A stretch of DNA of 32,000 nucleotides from Halomonas sp. I1 (GTDB taxonomy: Bacteria > Pseudomonadota > Gammaproteobacteria > Pseudomonadales > Halomonadaceae): positions 158,618 to 190,617 of the forward strand of contig NZ_JAVXUS010000005.1 in NCBI RefSeq assembly GCF_032334135.1, in the 5' to 3' direction. Made by a program: the position numbers and the translations under genes. Within the stretch, counting starts at the first letter, position 1; every line of letters starts with the position of its first letter. The notes beneath the pieces are model-generated. The model searched no databases. It was not told the origin of the DNA and worked only from the letters and a program-made list of their open reading frames with translations. Shown here piece by piece: positions 1 to 8,909 of this stretch.

Positions 1-1
1 C

Positions 2-709
2 GAGGCCGGCCACTACCGACCCATCGCCGAGGCGGTGAGCCGGGCCGTGCTGGAAGGGGCGCCCGTCGGCGGCACGCTGCACTGCCTGGATGCCGGCTGC
101 GGGGAGGGCTTCTATCTACGAGAGCTTGCTGAAGCAGCGGCCGAGCGCGAGGCCGCGACATCGACCAAGAAAGCCCGGGGCGAGGCGCCGGTGCTCTCCC
201 TGCTGGGTGTGGATATCTCCAAGTGGGCGGTGCTGGCCGCCGCCAAGCGCCAAAAGGCTGCCACCTGGGTGGTGGGCACCAACGCCCACCTGCCGGTGCA
301 GGCGGAGAGCCTGGATCGCGTGCTGTGCCTGTTCGGTTTCCCTGTCTATGCGGAGTTCGCCCGCGTGCTGAAGCCGGGCGGCGAGCTGCTGATGGTCGAG
401 GCCGGGCCGGACCACCTGCGCGAGCTGCGCGAGATCATCTACCCGAGCCTCAAGCCGCCCCGGGAGGGCGATGCGGCCGCGCCCGAGGGCTTCATGCAGC
501 AGTCCTGCGAGACGCTGCGCTATGCCATCGAGCTCGAGGGCGCCGAGCCCATCGCCGACCTATTGGCGATGACACCGCACTTGCACCGTGCCGGCGCCGA
601 AGGGCGCGAGAAGGCCGCGGCGCTGACCTCGCTTTCCCTCACCGTGGACGTGCGGTTGACGCGGCTGGCTCGCGATGGTGTGCCGGACCGGATATCCCCC
701 TCGATGTGA
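2..709 (+). CDS. rlmA: 23S rRNA (guanine-N1)-methyltransferase RlmA, 5'-truncated by the window edge
   Basis: The open frame enters from position 2 (EAGHYRPIAEAV...) and joins track ORF 35..709. It has the SAM-binding motif LDAGCGEGFY, then LKPGGELLMVEAGPDHLRELRE and LLAMTPHLHRAG. These are collinear with the C-terminal two thirds of E. coli RlmA as I recall it. Confidence 0.8.
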   Translation, partial: EAGHYRPIAEAVSRAVLEGAPVGGTLHCLDAGCGEGFYLRELAEAAAEREAATSTKKARGEAPVLSLLGVDISKWAVLAAAKRQKAATWVVGTNAHLPVQAESLDRVLCLFGFPVYAEFARVLKPGGELLMVEAGPDHLRELREIIYPSLKPPREGDAAAPEGFMQQSCETLRYAIELEGAEPIADLLAMTPHLHRAGAEGREKAAALTSLSLTVDVRLTRLARDGVPDRISPSM

Positions 710-821
710 TCGCCGGAGCCCTGAACGCATCCGTTGCACGAAAGGCGCTGTGAGCCCATGGTTCGCGGCGCCTGTTCATTTTAAGACCCCATGTCCACTC
801 CTTTGGCCTCCCTGTGGCTCG

Positions 822-932
822 GCGGTGTTTGCCGCCAACGTGGCAGGCGTGCCGCTGGACGTTGCGCGCATGCTGCAGATCGTGGTGGTCAGCACGTTGA
901 TCTCGGTGGGCACCGCCGGGGTGCCCGGAGGG
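822..932 (+). pseudogene. Short remnant of a dicarboxylate/amino acid:cation symporter (DctA/GltP family) gene
   Basis: The upstream extension of the yghU track ORF translates to AVFAANVAGVPLDVARMLQIVVVSTLISVGTAGVPGG. This matches the conserved FIAQ...LD...Q..L.....L.S.GxAGVxGxG segment of DctA/GltP transporters. There is no start codon and no continuation on either side. Confidence 0.45.
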
Positions 933-1034
933 GTCGAAAGGCAACCTTTAACAGGCTATCTTTCCCCTGTCGGAGGCAGGCGGCGATGTGGAAATGCATC
1001 GTCGCGCCTACAACGCACTCGCACAGGAATTCCC

Positions 1035-1904
1035 ATGAGCCAAGATACCGAGTACACCCCGCCGAAGGTCTGGACCTGGCGCCAGGCGAGCGGTGGCCAG
1101 TTCGCCAGCATCAATCGTCCCATCGCCGGGCCGACCCACGATAAGGAACTGCCGGTCGGTCAGCATCCCTTCCAGCTTTATTCGCTGGCCACGCCCAATG
1201 GCGTCAAGGTCACGGTGATGTTCGAGGAACTGCTGGCGCAGGGCCACGAAGGCGCGGAATACGATGCCTGGCCGATCAAGATCGGCGACGGCGATCAGTT
1301 CGGCAGCGGGTTCGTCGAGGTGAACCCGAACTCCAAGATTCCGGCGCTGATGGATCACGGTACCGAAGAACCGACCCGGGTCTTCGAATCGGGCGCGATC
1401 CTGCTGTACCTGGCCGAGAAGTTCGGTACGTTCCTGCCGGCGGACGTCAAGGCCCGGACCGAGGCGCTCAACTGGCTGTTCTGGCAGATGGGCAGCGCGC
1501 CCTTCCTGGGTGGCGGCTTTGGTCACTTTTACGCCTATGCGCCGGTGAAGCTCGAGTATCCCATCGACCGCTATGCTATGGAGACCAAGCGTCAGCTCGA
1601 TGTTCTCGATCGCCACCTGGCGGAGCATCGCTACCTGGCCGGCGATGAGTACAGCATCGCCGACATGGCCAATTGGGCCTGGTATGGCCAACTGGTGCTG
1701 GGCCGTCTCTATGATGCGGCCGAGTTTCTGGAGGTCCACACCTACGAGCATGTGGTGCGCTGGGCGCGGGAGATCGATGCTCGTCCGGCGGTTCAGCGGG
1801 GCCGCATGGTCAACCGAACCTTCGGCGAGCCTGAGCTGCAGCTTCATGAGCGCCACAATGCCAGCGATTTCGAGCACAAGACGCAGGACGTCATCGGTTC
1901 CTGA
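1035..1904 (+). CDS. yghU: Nu-class glutathione S-transferase, YghU-like
   Basis: The 289-aa product starts at MSQDTEYTPPKVWTWRQASGGQFASINRPIAGPTHDKELPVGQHPFQLYSL. It continues through GDGDQFGSGFVEVNPNSKIPAL and GGGFGHFYAYAPVKLEY, near-collinear with E. coli YghU. The longer 675.. track ORF is an upstream read-through. Confidence 0.9.
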   Translation: MSQDTEYTPPKVWTWRQASGGQFASINRPIAGPTHDKELPVGQHPFQLYSLATPNGVKVTVMFEELLAQGHEGAEYDAWPIKIGDGDQFGSGFVEVNPNSKIPALMDHGTEEPTRVFESGAILLYLAEKFGTFLPADVKARTEALNWLFWQMGSAPFLGGGFGHFYAYAPVKLEYPIDRYAMETKRQLDVLDRHLAEHRYLAGDEYSIADMANWAWYGQLVLGRLYDAAEFLEVHTYEHVVRWAREIDARPAVQRGRMVNRTFGEPELQLHERHNASDFEHKTQDVIGS

Positions 1905-2016
1905 GCTGCCGGACGTGCACATCGAGCGTCGTGGGCCTATGGTCCGCGACTCACTCGCCAGAACGGCGATGCTTCCTCCGTGACGCCTGCGTATCAGACA
2001 CGTGGACACAACGAAA

Positions 2017-2044
2017 CGGGGCCCGCATGAGCGGGCCCCGTTCA
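2017..2044. terminator. GC-rich hairpin between convergent yghU and the csp gene (bidirectional terminator candidate)
   Basis: Perfect 10-bp stem CGGGGCCCGC / GCGGGCCCCG (2017-2026 / 2031-2040) with loop ATGA. It is followed by TTCA on the + strand and preceded by AAA. Confidence 0.6.
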
Positions 2045-2084
2045 ACGAACCGCCAGGGTTCGCGTGCTCTCGTGATCCCTGGGA

Positions 2085-2291
2085 TCAGCCGAGAGACTTG
2101 ATGTTGGAGGCCTGGAGGCCCTTCTTGCCCTGGGTCACGTCGAAGGAGACGCTTTGACCTTCCTGGAGGGACTTGAAGCCTTCAGCCTGAATTTCGGAGA
2201 AGTGGGCGAACACGTCGTCACCGCCGTCGGCAGGAGAAATGAAGCCGAAACCCTTGGAATCGTTGAACCACTTGACGGTACCAGTCGTCAT
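2085..2291 (-). CDS. cspA: CspA-family cold-shock protein
   Basis: 68-aa product [52 protein letters not shown] with RNP1/RNP2 motifs. The sequence GAGAGGA lies upstream of the ATG at 2291. The track ORF start at 2372 is an upstream extension. Confidence 0.9.
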   Translation of the reverse strand: MTTGTVKWFNDSKGFGFISPADGGDDVFAHFSEIQAEGFKSLQEGQSVSFDVTQGKKGLQASNIKSLG

Positions 2292-2668
2292 TTGAAAATC
2301 CTCTCGCGCTAAGCGCCTTGTAAAGTTTCTGGTATTACCCAGGATCAGTAGCGGGTACAACAAGAAATACAATTACAGGCTGTCGAAAAGAATCGAATGC
2401 TTCTGGAACCATGCTGCTTGCTCACCAACTGGCGCCACAATGTCACGCTGCCCCGCTGAGGTCAAAGACTTTCGAAGGCTGTTCAACGAGCGGGTGTATC
2501 GCAGGTTCGGCCGACCTGGGCGATGCGGGTCACCGGCTTGCCGGCGCCAGGCCCCGGTATAAGGGGGTGCCCAGGTGCTATCCTGGCGTGTTCTGCAAGG
2601 AGTAAATGAGCATTTTGAGGCCGATTTCAACACAGTATCACCGTGCGCAGGCACTGTTCGTACTGATC

Positions 2669-3556
2669 CTAGCCGTCGATGGTGAGGCGCCTGCCGGCGA
2701 TGCGGCCGGTGGCACCGTAGCGCCAGGGGCGGTTGTGCAGGCCGTGGCCGCTCGGCAGGCCGGTATAGAGCGGTAGCCCGAGCGGTGCCAGGGTCTCGGC
2801 GACGATGGCTTCCAGCGGCGTGTCGTCGTAGGGCCGGCAGCCCTCGAAGGTGCCCAGGCATACCGCGGCGGCCCGGTCCAGGGCGCCGCCGTGCACCAGC
2901 TGCCACAGCGAGCGTTCCAGGCGATAGTAGGGCTCGCCCACGTCCTCGAGAATCACCAGCGAACCGGGTGGGGCGCGAAAGCCTACTGGGGTGCCGATCA
3001 GGCTGGCGAGCGTGGCAAGATTGCCGCCCACGACGGGCCCTTCCAGAGTGGCTGGAGCGTCCGTGTAGGGTGCCAAGGGGTAGTCGAGAGATGTCGGCCC
3101 CTGAATCAGTGCCAGGGTCTCCTCGAACTGGCGCTGCACGATTTCCCGTTGATCGGCCTCGCCCTCGAGCACGCCGGCGGCGGCCTTGGCCACCGGCCCG
3201 TGGATGGCCGGCACGCCGTGGCGGTGGCAGTGATCGAGCAGCACTGTCACGTCGGAGTAGCCGATCAGCGGCTTGTTCGAACGCGCGAGGCGCGACCAGT
3301 CGATGCCATCGACCAGCTGGGCAGCGCCGTAGCCACCGCGCACCGCCCACACCGCCCGGGTCTCGGGGTCGTCAAAGGCGGCGTGAAGCTGGGCCAGGCG
3401 ATGCTCGCGGCTGCCGGCCAGGTAGCGCCTCGGCGTCTGCAGCGACTCATCGCAGCGTACCTCGGCGCCTAGTGCTTCCAGGCCGCAGATGCCGGCATCG
3501 ATGGCCTTGGGAGCGGTGTAGGACGACGGGGCGATGAGGCTGACGGCGAGCGGCAT
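2669..3556 (-). CDS. ldcA: LD-carboxypeptidase (muramoyltetrapeptide carboxypeptidase, S66 family)
   Basis: The start is at MPLAVSLIAPSS, preceded by GAGGAG. Family motifs include RGGYGAAQL, GYSDVTVLL (nucleophile Ser) and SGHG near the C-terminus. The track ORF extends artefactually to 3886. Confidence 0.8.
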   Translation of the reverse strand: MPLAVSLIAPSSYTAPKAIDAGICGLEALGAEVRCDESLQTPRRYLAGSREHRLAQLHAAFDDPETRAVWAVRGGYGAAQLVDGIDWSRLARSNKPLIGYSDVTVLLDHCHRHGVPAIHGPVAKAAAGVLEGEADQREIVQRQFEETLALIQGPTSLDYPLAPYTDAPATLEGPVVGGNLATLASLIGTPVGFRAPPGSLVILEDVGEPYYRLERSLWQLVHGGALDRAAAVCLGTFEGCRPYDDTPLEAIVAETLAPLGLPLYTGLPSGHGLHNRPWRYGATGRIAGRRLTIDG

Positions 3557-3689
3557 GGAAGACTCCTCGTGGGGCGAAAGGCGCAGCTCGGCATTGTCGA
3601 CGGGATCCGGCCGACTGTCACGGGGTGATGGTCTGCTTGGGGGACCTTGAGCGCCACCTCGCCTGTCGCGGGGTGGCGAGTCGCGGTCA

Positions 3690-4010
3690 TCAGGGTTTGG
3701 GGCCGGTGGTGGCCTGTTCGAAGAGCTCCGCCTTGGCATTGCGCATGATGTCTTCGCAGGCGGCCTGCTGGGTGAGTTCGGTGAGCAGCTCCTGGGATAT
3801 GATAAAGCCCTTGCCGAGGCAGTCGTCGACGTCTTCCCGCGATATCCGGGGCTCGGTGTAACAGTCGAGCTTGATCGTCCTTCCACCGCCGTCCAGGCGG
3901 TCGGCCAGCTGTCGCAGTCGCCAGGCGAGGCGAGTCTTCCAGTTGTCCGATGCTTCCGCGCCTTCGGTCACGCTCAGGGTGCAACGCCATTCGGGCTTGT
4001 AGACCTTCAT
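3690..4010 (-). CDS. Hypothetical 106-aa protein (no family recognised)
   Basis: An internal ATG of track ORF 3690..4067 is preceded by CAGGAGGTTCGC (strong SD). The product MKVYKPEWRCTLSVTEGAEASDNWKTRLAWRLRQLADRL... has high GC3. It lies between argP and ldcA on the same strand. Confidence 0.55.
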   Translation of the reverse strand: MKVYKPEWRCTLSVTEGAEASDNWKTRLAWRLRQLADRLDGGGRTIKLDCYTEPRISREDVDDCLGKGFIISQELLTELTQQAACEDIMRNAKAELFEQATTGPKP

Positions 4011-4098
4011 GCGAACCTCCTGATCGGCTTGGAAATAATGATCGATCCTAGGGCAGGCTCCGTCCAAGGAAGAACACGGCAGCCTGGCACCGTTCTGC

Positions 4099-4968
4099 TC
4101 AGGTTAGTTGCACCGTGCGCAGTGTGCTCGTCAGACGCTCCAGCAGGGCGCCGCTGTGCCGCCAGAAGTGCCAGTAGAGGGGCACCTCCAGGGCATGGCC
4201 GGGAGCGAGGCTGACCAGCTCGCCTCGATTGACCGCGTCCCTTACCTGCATCATCGGCATCATGCCGTAGCCCATGCCGGCACAGGCCAGGCGCACGAAG
4301 CCTTCCGATTCCGGGCAGAGATGATAGGGGAAGGGGCCATGGTAGCCGAACCGGGCGAGGAAACGATGCTGGAGTTGGTCATGGGGGCCATAGACGATGG
4401 CCGGTGACCGACGAAAGGCGCTTTCGGTCGGCCCATCGGGGAAGTGCCGCGCGATATAGTTCGGCGTGGCCATCGGGTGGTAGGTCATCGTGCCCAACGG
4501 TACACAACGTGCACCGGCGATCGGCTGGTCGCTGGCGCACAGGCAGGCGGCCACGTCGCCATCGCGTAACCGCTTGAGCCCGATATCCTGGTCCTCGATC
4601 ACCAGGTCCAGTAACACATCCTCGCGCCGGCAGAAGTCGCTGACCGCCGATGCCCACCAGGTCACCAGGCTGTCGGCGTTCAGCGCGATTCTCAGGCGTG
4701 GCGAGGCGACTTCGAGGGTCGGTAGGGCACTGCCCAGTTCGCGTTCCAGCAGGGACACTCGTTGATAATGATTGAGTAGCCGCTGGCCGGCCGGTGTTGC
4801 CGCCAGATGAGGGTGGCGGACCAGCACGGGTTGGCCGAGCCTCACTTCCAGTGCCTTGATGCGTTGCGATACCGCCGACTGCGAGAGCCCGAGCACGTCG
4901 CCGGCTCGCTCGAAACCTCCGGATTCCAGGACGGTCGCCAGGGCCTCGAGCAATTTATAGTCAAGCAT
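4099..4968 (-). CDS. argP: LysR-family transcriptional regulator, ArgP/LysG type
   Basis: The N-terminal wHTH FERAGDVLGLSQSAVSQRIKALEVRLGQPVLVR and the overall sequence are collinear with E. coli ArgP (IciA). It is divergent from a LysE/ArgO exporter gene. Confidence 0.85.
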   Translation of the reverse strand: MLDYKLLEALATVLESGGFERAGDVLGLSQSAVSQRIKALEVRLGQPVLVRHPHLAATPAGQRLLNHYQRVSLLERELGSALPTLEVASPRLRIALNADSLVTWWASAVSDFCRREDVLLDLVIEDQDIGLKRLRDGDVAACLCASDQPIAGARCVPLGTMTYHPMATPNYIARHFPDGPTESAFRRSPAIVYGPHDQLQHRFLARFGYHGPFPYHLCPESEGFVRLACAGMGYGMMPMMQVRDAVNRGELVSLAPGHALEVPLYWHFWRHSGALLERLTSTLRTVQLT

Positions 4969-4971
4969 AAG

Positions 4972-5012
4972 TTATACTGATGCAGTATTAGTAGAATGAT
5001 TTTTTAGTATAA
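4972..5012. promoter_or_regulatory. LysR-type operator in the argP-argO divergent region
   Basis: ATACTGATGCAGTAT (4974-4988) is a perfect interrupted palindrome containing T-N11-A. A third half-site forms a 7-bp inverted repeat, TTATACT (4972-4978) / AGTATAA (5006-5012). Confidence 0.6.
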
Positions 5013-5066
5013 CAGCATGTCGTTAATCTGGCGTCGCTATTCGCAAGCCAGTGAAGGACGATATCG

Positions 5067-5684
5067 ATGTTCGAAAGCTATCTGACCGGGCTGTTGGTGA
5101 GTGGTGGCATCATTATTGCCATCGGCGCCCAGAATGCGTATGTGCTGGGATTGGCGGTGCGGCGCGAGTACCACTGGTGGTCGGCCGGGCTGTGCATGAG
5201 CACCGATCTGTTGCTGGTGACCGCCGGGATGTTCGGGGTCAGTGCCATGCTGCTGGCGGTGCCGGATGCTATGGCGATCATGCGCTGGTTGGGCGTGACC
5301 TTTCTCGCTTGGCTGGCATTGCAGGGGCTCTATCGTGCCATCACCGGACGCCAGGGGCTGGTGCGTGCCGAGGCCGAAAAGCGGGGCCTGGTCCAGGTAC
5401 TACTGGCCACGCTGGGGGTGACGGTGCTCAACCCTCAGGTGTACCTGGATACCCTGCTGCTGATTCCTTCGGTCGGCGCACAACAGGAAAGTGCTGCCGC
5501 CTTTGTCGTCGGCGCCGGTAGTGCCTCGGTATTGTGGTTCAGCCTGCTGGCCTGGGGGGGAGCCCTGCTGTCGCCCTGGTTATCCCGGCCGCTGGCCTGG
5601 CGACTGATCGATGGCGGTATCGGGGTGATGATGGCCGCGATTGCCTTTCAATTGGCGGGGGAAGGGTTGAAACATGCCGCATGA
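5067..5684 (+). CDS. argO: LysE-family basic amino acid (arginine/lysine) exporter
   Basis: The product MFESYLTGLLVSGGIIIAIGAQNAYVLGLAVRREYH...LNPQVYLDTLLL is collinear with E. coli ArgO. AGGA lies 8 nt upstream of the ATG. Confidence 0.85.
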   Translation: MFESYLTGLLVSGGIIIAIGAQNAYVLGLAVRREYHWWSAGLCMSTDLLLVTAGMFGVSAMLLAVPDAMAIMRWLGVTFLAWLALQGLYRAITGRQGLVRAEAEKRGLVQVLLATLGVTVLNPQVYLDTLLLIPSVGAQQESAAAFVVGAGSASVLWFSLLAWGGALLSPWLSRPLAWRLIDGGIGVMMAAIAFQLAGEGLKHAA

Positions 5685-5701
5685 TGTGATGAGGGCAGCG
5701 A

Positions 5702-5737
5702 CAACACTCATTCAACGTTGAGTTTGTTGCTTTTTTT
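5702..5737 (+). terminator. Rho-independent terminator candidate after argO
   Basis: CAACACTCA (5702-5710) pairs with TGAGT..GTTG (5719-5729, 2-nt bulge) around loop TTCAACGT. A C and then T7 (5731-5737) follow. Confidence 0.5.
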
Positions 5738-5837
5738 ATCAGCACTATCTTAACTCTGGAGGAGATCGAACAGACGAACGACCGACAAAGGGGGGACCGA
5801 CGAATGCAGGCGGGCAATATGGAGCGTCGAGTCGCAC

Positions 5838-8800
5838 ATGAGGGATAGCCAAGTGCGTACCTGGCGCTTTTCCAGTGTGGTGCTGGTACTCGGGGTTGCG
5901 TTTTTGACGTTGACCTCCGGCGTGCTGCTCACGGCGGCCTATCTGGGGTCGGAAAAGGCACTGCACGCCGCCATGGGTCGAACCCAGATACGTGACCAGC
6001 GCCTGCTCGATGAGGTGTTGGCCGAACGTTTTCGTGCCATCCGTTGGCAGGGGGTCGAGGTGAGCCGTGATCCCGAGCTGCAACGTGCCTTGCGCGCTCG
6101 GGACATGCGGGCCGTGTCACAGGCTTTGGGTGAGCAGTTGAAGGGCGCGCATCGGTACCCTGTCGAGGCGTTTGTCGTTGAACGGGGCGATGCAGTCGCG
6201 GTCGCATCCCGCAAAACGAATGCCGAGGCTCTGCCAGAAGACGCCTTGCGCGAGCTGGTGCCTGGTGAAGGGGCCCCCCTGGGCGTCTGGCGTACCGCTT
6301 CCCGGTCGGGAAACGAAGGTCGGGATGACTGGCTGACGCTGACGATACGCATCGCCGATACGGTATCCACCGCTCCGGTCGGGCGTCTTCATGTCTTCGT
6401 CAGCCTCAGCGGCAATGCCTGGCTGGCGGACATTCTGCGCCGCATCTTCGGTGCCCTGGCGGTGTCGGTGGAGCGTGATGGCGAGGTGCTGTTGGCGAGT
6501 CAGCAGGCGGAAGGACAGTTGTCGGCATTGAGAAACGTGGATGCCCCGCCGTCTCTGCCTCACGGCACCGAGGCCGGGGTGTGGCGCGAACATCGTTGGC
6601 AAATCGACGACAGCGCCGAATATCATGTCCGCTCTCTGCTGCCCGATACCGCTACACCAGCGCTTCGCGAGATCTACCAATCCACTCTGCTGATCGCCGG
6701 CCTTCTGGTGGTCGTGCTTGGCGTGGCCTGGATGCTGGTCATGCGGCATCTGGCCGGCCGTGCCCTGAACAACCTGGTGAGTTATGCCCAGCGTGTCTTG
6801 GAACCGGGTGAGCCGCCGGCCTTCCGGGGAGGCCCCTTTCAGGAATTCAATCGCGTGGGGCGTGCCTTCGAGTCAATGCTGCGGCAGTCACGCGAACAGG
6901 AGAAATACCTTGCCGGCATCATCGAACATTCGCCTGACCTGATCTTTGTCAAGGATACCGATGGTTATCATCGTCTCGCCAACCGGCAATACGCGCGTGC
7001 CCTGTGGTCGGCGCCGGAAATGCTGACCGGCAAGCGCGACGAGGAGCTGTTGCCGGAGGCGGTACTGGGCCAGGCGAAGGCGTCGGATCATGAAGTGTTT
7101 GAGGGTGGGGGACCGGTCAAGTATGAAACGACCCTGCACACACCGGACGGCGAGCAGAGTTTTCTGGTGACCAAGTTTCCCATCGGCGACGATCCGGAGT
7201 CGCCTCGCTTGATGGGGGGCATCGCGACCGACGTCACCGATCTCAAGGAGACCCAGGAGCGGCTCGGACTGGTGCAGCGGGTCTTCGCCGAAACTGGCGA
7301 GGCGATCATCGTGCTCGACGAGCAGCGCCGTGCCCTGATTGCCAATCGGGCTTTCAGCGAGATGAGCGGTTATAGCCAGGTGCATACCACCGAGGCCATC
7401 CGAGCTTTCCTGCTCGAGCACCCGGAAGTCGCCAACCAGCTTGGCAGGGAGCGCCGCTGGCAGGGACAGTGCATCTTCGCGCATCGCGAGGGGGGCTCCT
7501 TGCCGGTACTGGTGTCGGTGACCTGCCTGCGACAATCCTCGGGCGTCAAGTACCATGTGCTGCTGTTCAACGACATTACCGAGCTCAAGCTGGCCGAGCA
7601 TCGCCTCGAGCATCTGGCTTGGTACGATCAGTTGACCGGTCTGCCCAATCGCAGCCTGTTCGCCTTGCGCCTCGATGAGGCCCTGCAGGGGGCGAGCACG
7701 ATGACGGCCGTGCTGTTCATCGACCTCGATCACTTCAAGGACATCAACGATACGCACGGCCATTCCCTGGGTGATCAGTTGCTTTGTCAGGTCGGGGAAC
7801 GGCTGCGTACCTGCATTCAGGCCAAGGATCTCGTCTCGAGATTCGGTGGCGACGAGTTCACGGTATTGCTGCGTGATATCGATAGCGAGACGCAGGTGGT
7901 GTCGATTGCCGACCGGGTCATGCACACCCTGGGGTGTCCGTACGAACTGGGCGAAGTGGAATGTGGCAGTACCGCCAGCATCGGTATCACGCTGTCCATG
8001 TATCATGGCGGGACCGCCGAGACGCTGCTGCGCAACGCCGATCAGGCCATGTACGAGGCCAAGGCGCAGGGCCGCCAGCGGGTCGTGCTCTTCGAGCCGG
8101 ACATCGATGCGCGGCATCAGCAGCGCCTGAGTTACGAGACGGGGCTGCGTGAAGCGATAGACAAGCAAGAGCTGTTCGTGCGTTATCAACCGCGTTTCGA
8201 CATCTCGGGGCGCCGGGTCGTGGGTGCCGAGGCACTGGTACGCTGGCAGAGCCATGAGCACGGGCTGGTGCCGCCCGATACCTTCATCCCTATTGCCGAG
8301 GGCACCAGGCTGATCGTCGAGATCGGTCGTTTCGTGCTCGGTGAGGCCTGTCGGCAGGCAGCGGCCTGGGCCAAGGCGGGCTACGCCGTGCCGGTCTCGG
8401 TCAACCTCTCTCCCCGCCAGCTTCGCGAGGAAAGCCTGTGGCGCGATATCCGAAAGGTGTTGCGTGAAACCGGGCTACCCCCGCGAATGCTGGAGCTCGA
8501 GCTGACGGAGACCATGCTGGTGGATAACATCGATCGGGTGTCGCCGTTGCTCCAGCGTATCCGTGCCATGGGAGTCCGCGTGGCGATCGACGATTTCGGT
8601 ACGGGTTACTCGTCGTTGACCTACCTGAAGCGCCTGCCTATCGATGTGGTCAAGATCGACCGTGCCTTCATTGTCGATATACCGGGCGACCGTGATGATG
8701 AAACGCTTCTCGAAGCCATCGTCGGCATGGCTCGGAGCCTGAACTACCGGGTCGTGGCGGAAGGTGTGGAGAGCGAGGAGCAGCGCGTCTTTCTGGAGGC

Positions 8801-8909
8801 GCTGGGCTGTGACGAGTTGCAGGGCTTCCTGCTGGGACGACCGGAACCGCCCGATATACTCTCGGCCCGCCTCGGTCGATCCTTGCGAGTCGCCTGGGGA
8901 GGCAGGTAA
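5838..8909 (+). CDS. Membrane-bound signalling protein: TM - periplasmic domain - TM - PAS - PAS - GGDEF - EAL
   Basis: Two hydrophobic segments (VVLVLGVAFLTLTSGVLLTAA and LLIAGLLVVVLGVAWMLVM) flank about 250 aa. Two PAS-like blocks follow, then GGDEF (SRFGGDEFTVLL). The EAL domain carries EALVRW, ELELTE, DDFGTGYSSL and QGFLLGRP. Confidence 0.9.
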   Translation: MRDSQVRTWRFSSVVLVLGVAFLTLTSGVLLTAAYLGSEKALHAAMGRTQIRDQRLLDEVLAERFRAIRWQGVEVSRDPELQRALRARDMRAVSQALGEQLKGAHRYPVEAFVVERGDAVAVASRKTNAEALPEDALRELVPGEGAPLGVWRTASRSGNEGRDDWLTLTIRIADTVSTAPVGRLHVFVSLSGNAWLADILRRIFGALAVSVERDGEVLLASQQAEGQLSALRNVDAPPSLPHGTEAGVWREHRWQIDDSAEYHVRSLLPDTATPALREIYQSTLLIAGLLVVVLGVAWMLVMRHLAGRALNNLVSYAQRVLEPGEPPAFRGGPFQEFNRVGRAFESMLRQSREQEKYLAGIIEHSPDLIFVKDTDGYHRLANRQYARALWSAPEMLTGKRDEELLPEAVLGQAKASDHEVFEGGGPVKYETTLHTPDGEQSFLVTKFPIGDDPESPRLMGGIATDVTDLKETQERLGLVQRVFAETGEAIIVLDEQRRALIANRAFSEMSGYSQVHTTEAIRAFLLEHPEVANQLGRERRWQGQCIFAHREGGSLPVLVSVTCLRQSSGVKYHVLLFNDITELKLAEHRLEHLAWYDQLTGLPNRSLFALRLDEALQGASTMTAVLFIDLDHFKDINDTHGHSLGDQLLCQVGERLRTCIQAKDLVSRFGGDEFTVLLRDIDSETQVVSIADRVMHTLGCPYELGEVECGSTASIGITLSMYHGGTAETLLRNADQAMYEAKAQGRQRVVLFEPDIDARHQQRLSYETGLREAIDKQELFVRYQPRFDISGRRVVGAEALVRWQSHEHGLVPPDTFIPIAEGTRLIVEIGRFVLGEACRQAAAWAKAGYAVPVSVNLSPRQLREESLWRDIRKVLRETGLPPRMLELELTETMLVDNIDRVSPLLQRIRAMGVRVAIDDFGTGYSSLTYLKRLPIDVVKIDRAFIVDIPGDRDDETLLEAIVGMARSLNYRVVAEGVESEEQRVFLEALGCDELQGFLLGRPEPPDILSARLGRSLRVAWGGR

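Noticed and set aside
675-1034. N-terminal 120-codon extension of the yghU track ORF, and the similar extensions 10663..10818, 12093..12125, 22325..22405 and 2292..2372
   Set aside because: Homologue-length starts with SD sequences lie downstream. The extensions have no family similarity, except for the transporter remnant reported separately.
1008-2045. 345-aa minus-strand ORF opposite yghU
   Set aside because: It is antisense to a confidently identified GST and matches no recognisable family. It also runs through the terminator hairpin.
2373-3990. Arg/Pro/Ala-rich ORFs (2373..3350 -, 2785..3537 +, 2891..3472 +, 3469..3990 -) overlapping ldcA
   Set aside because: These are typical off-frame open frames of high-G+C DNA. 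Only the 2669..3556 frame gives LD-carboxypeptidase motifs and a good SD.
6888-8261. 457-aa minus-strand ORF (and 6117..6749 -) inside the GGDEF-EAL gene
   Set aside because: It is antisense to a gene with clear PAS, GGDEF and EAL motifs. No motifs of its own were found.
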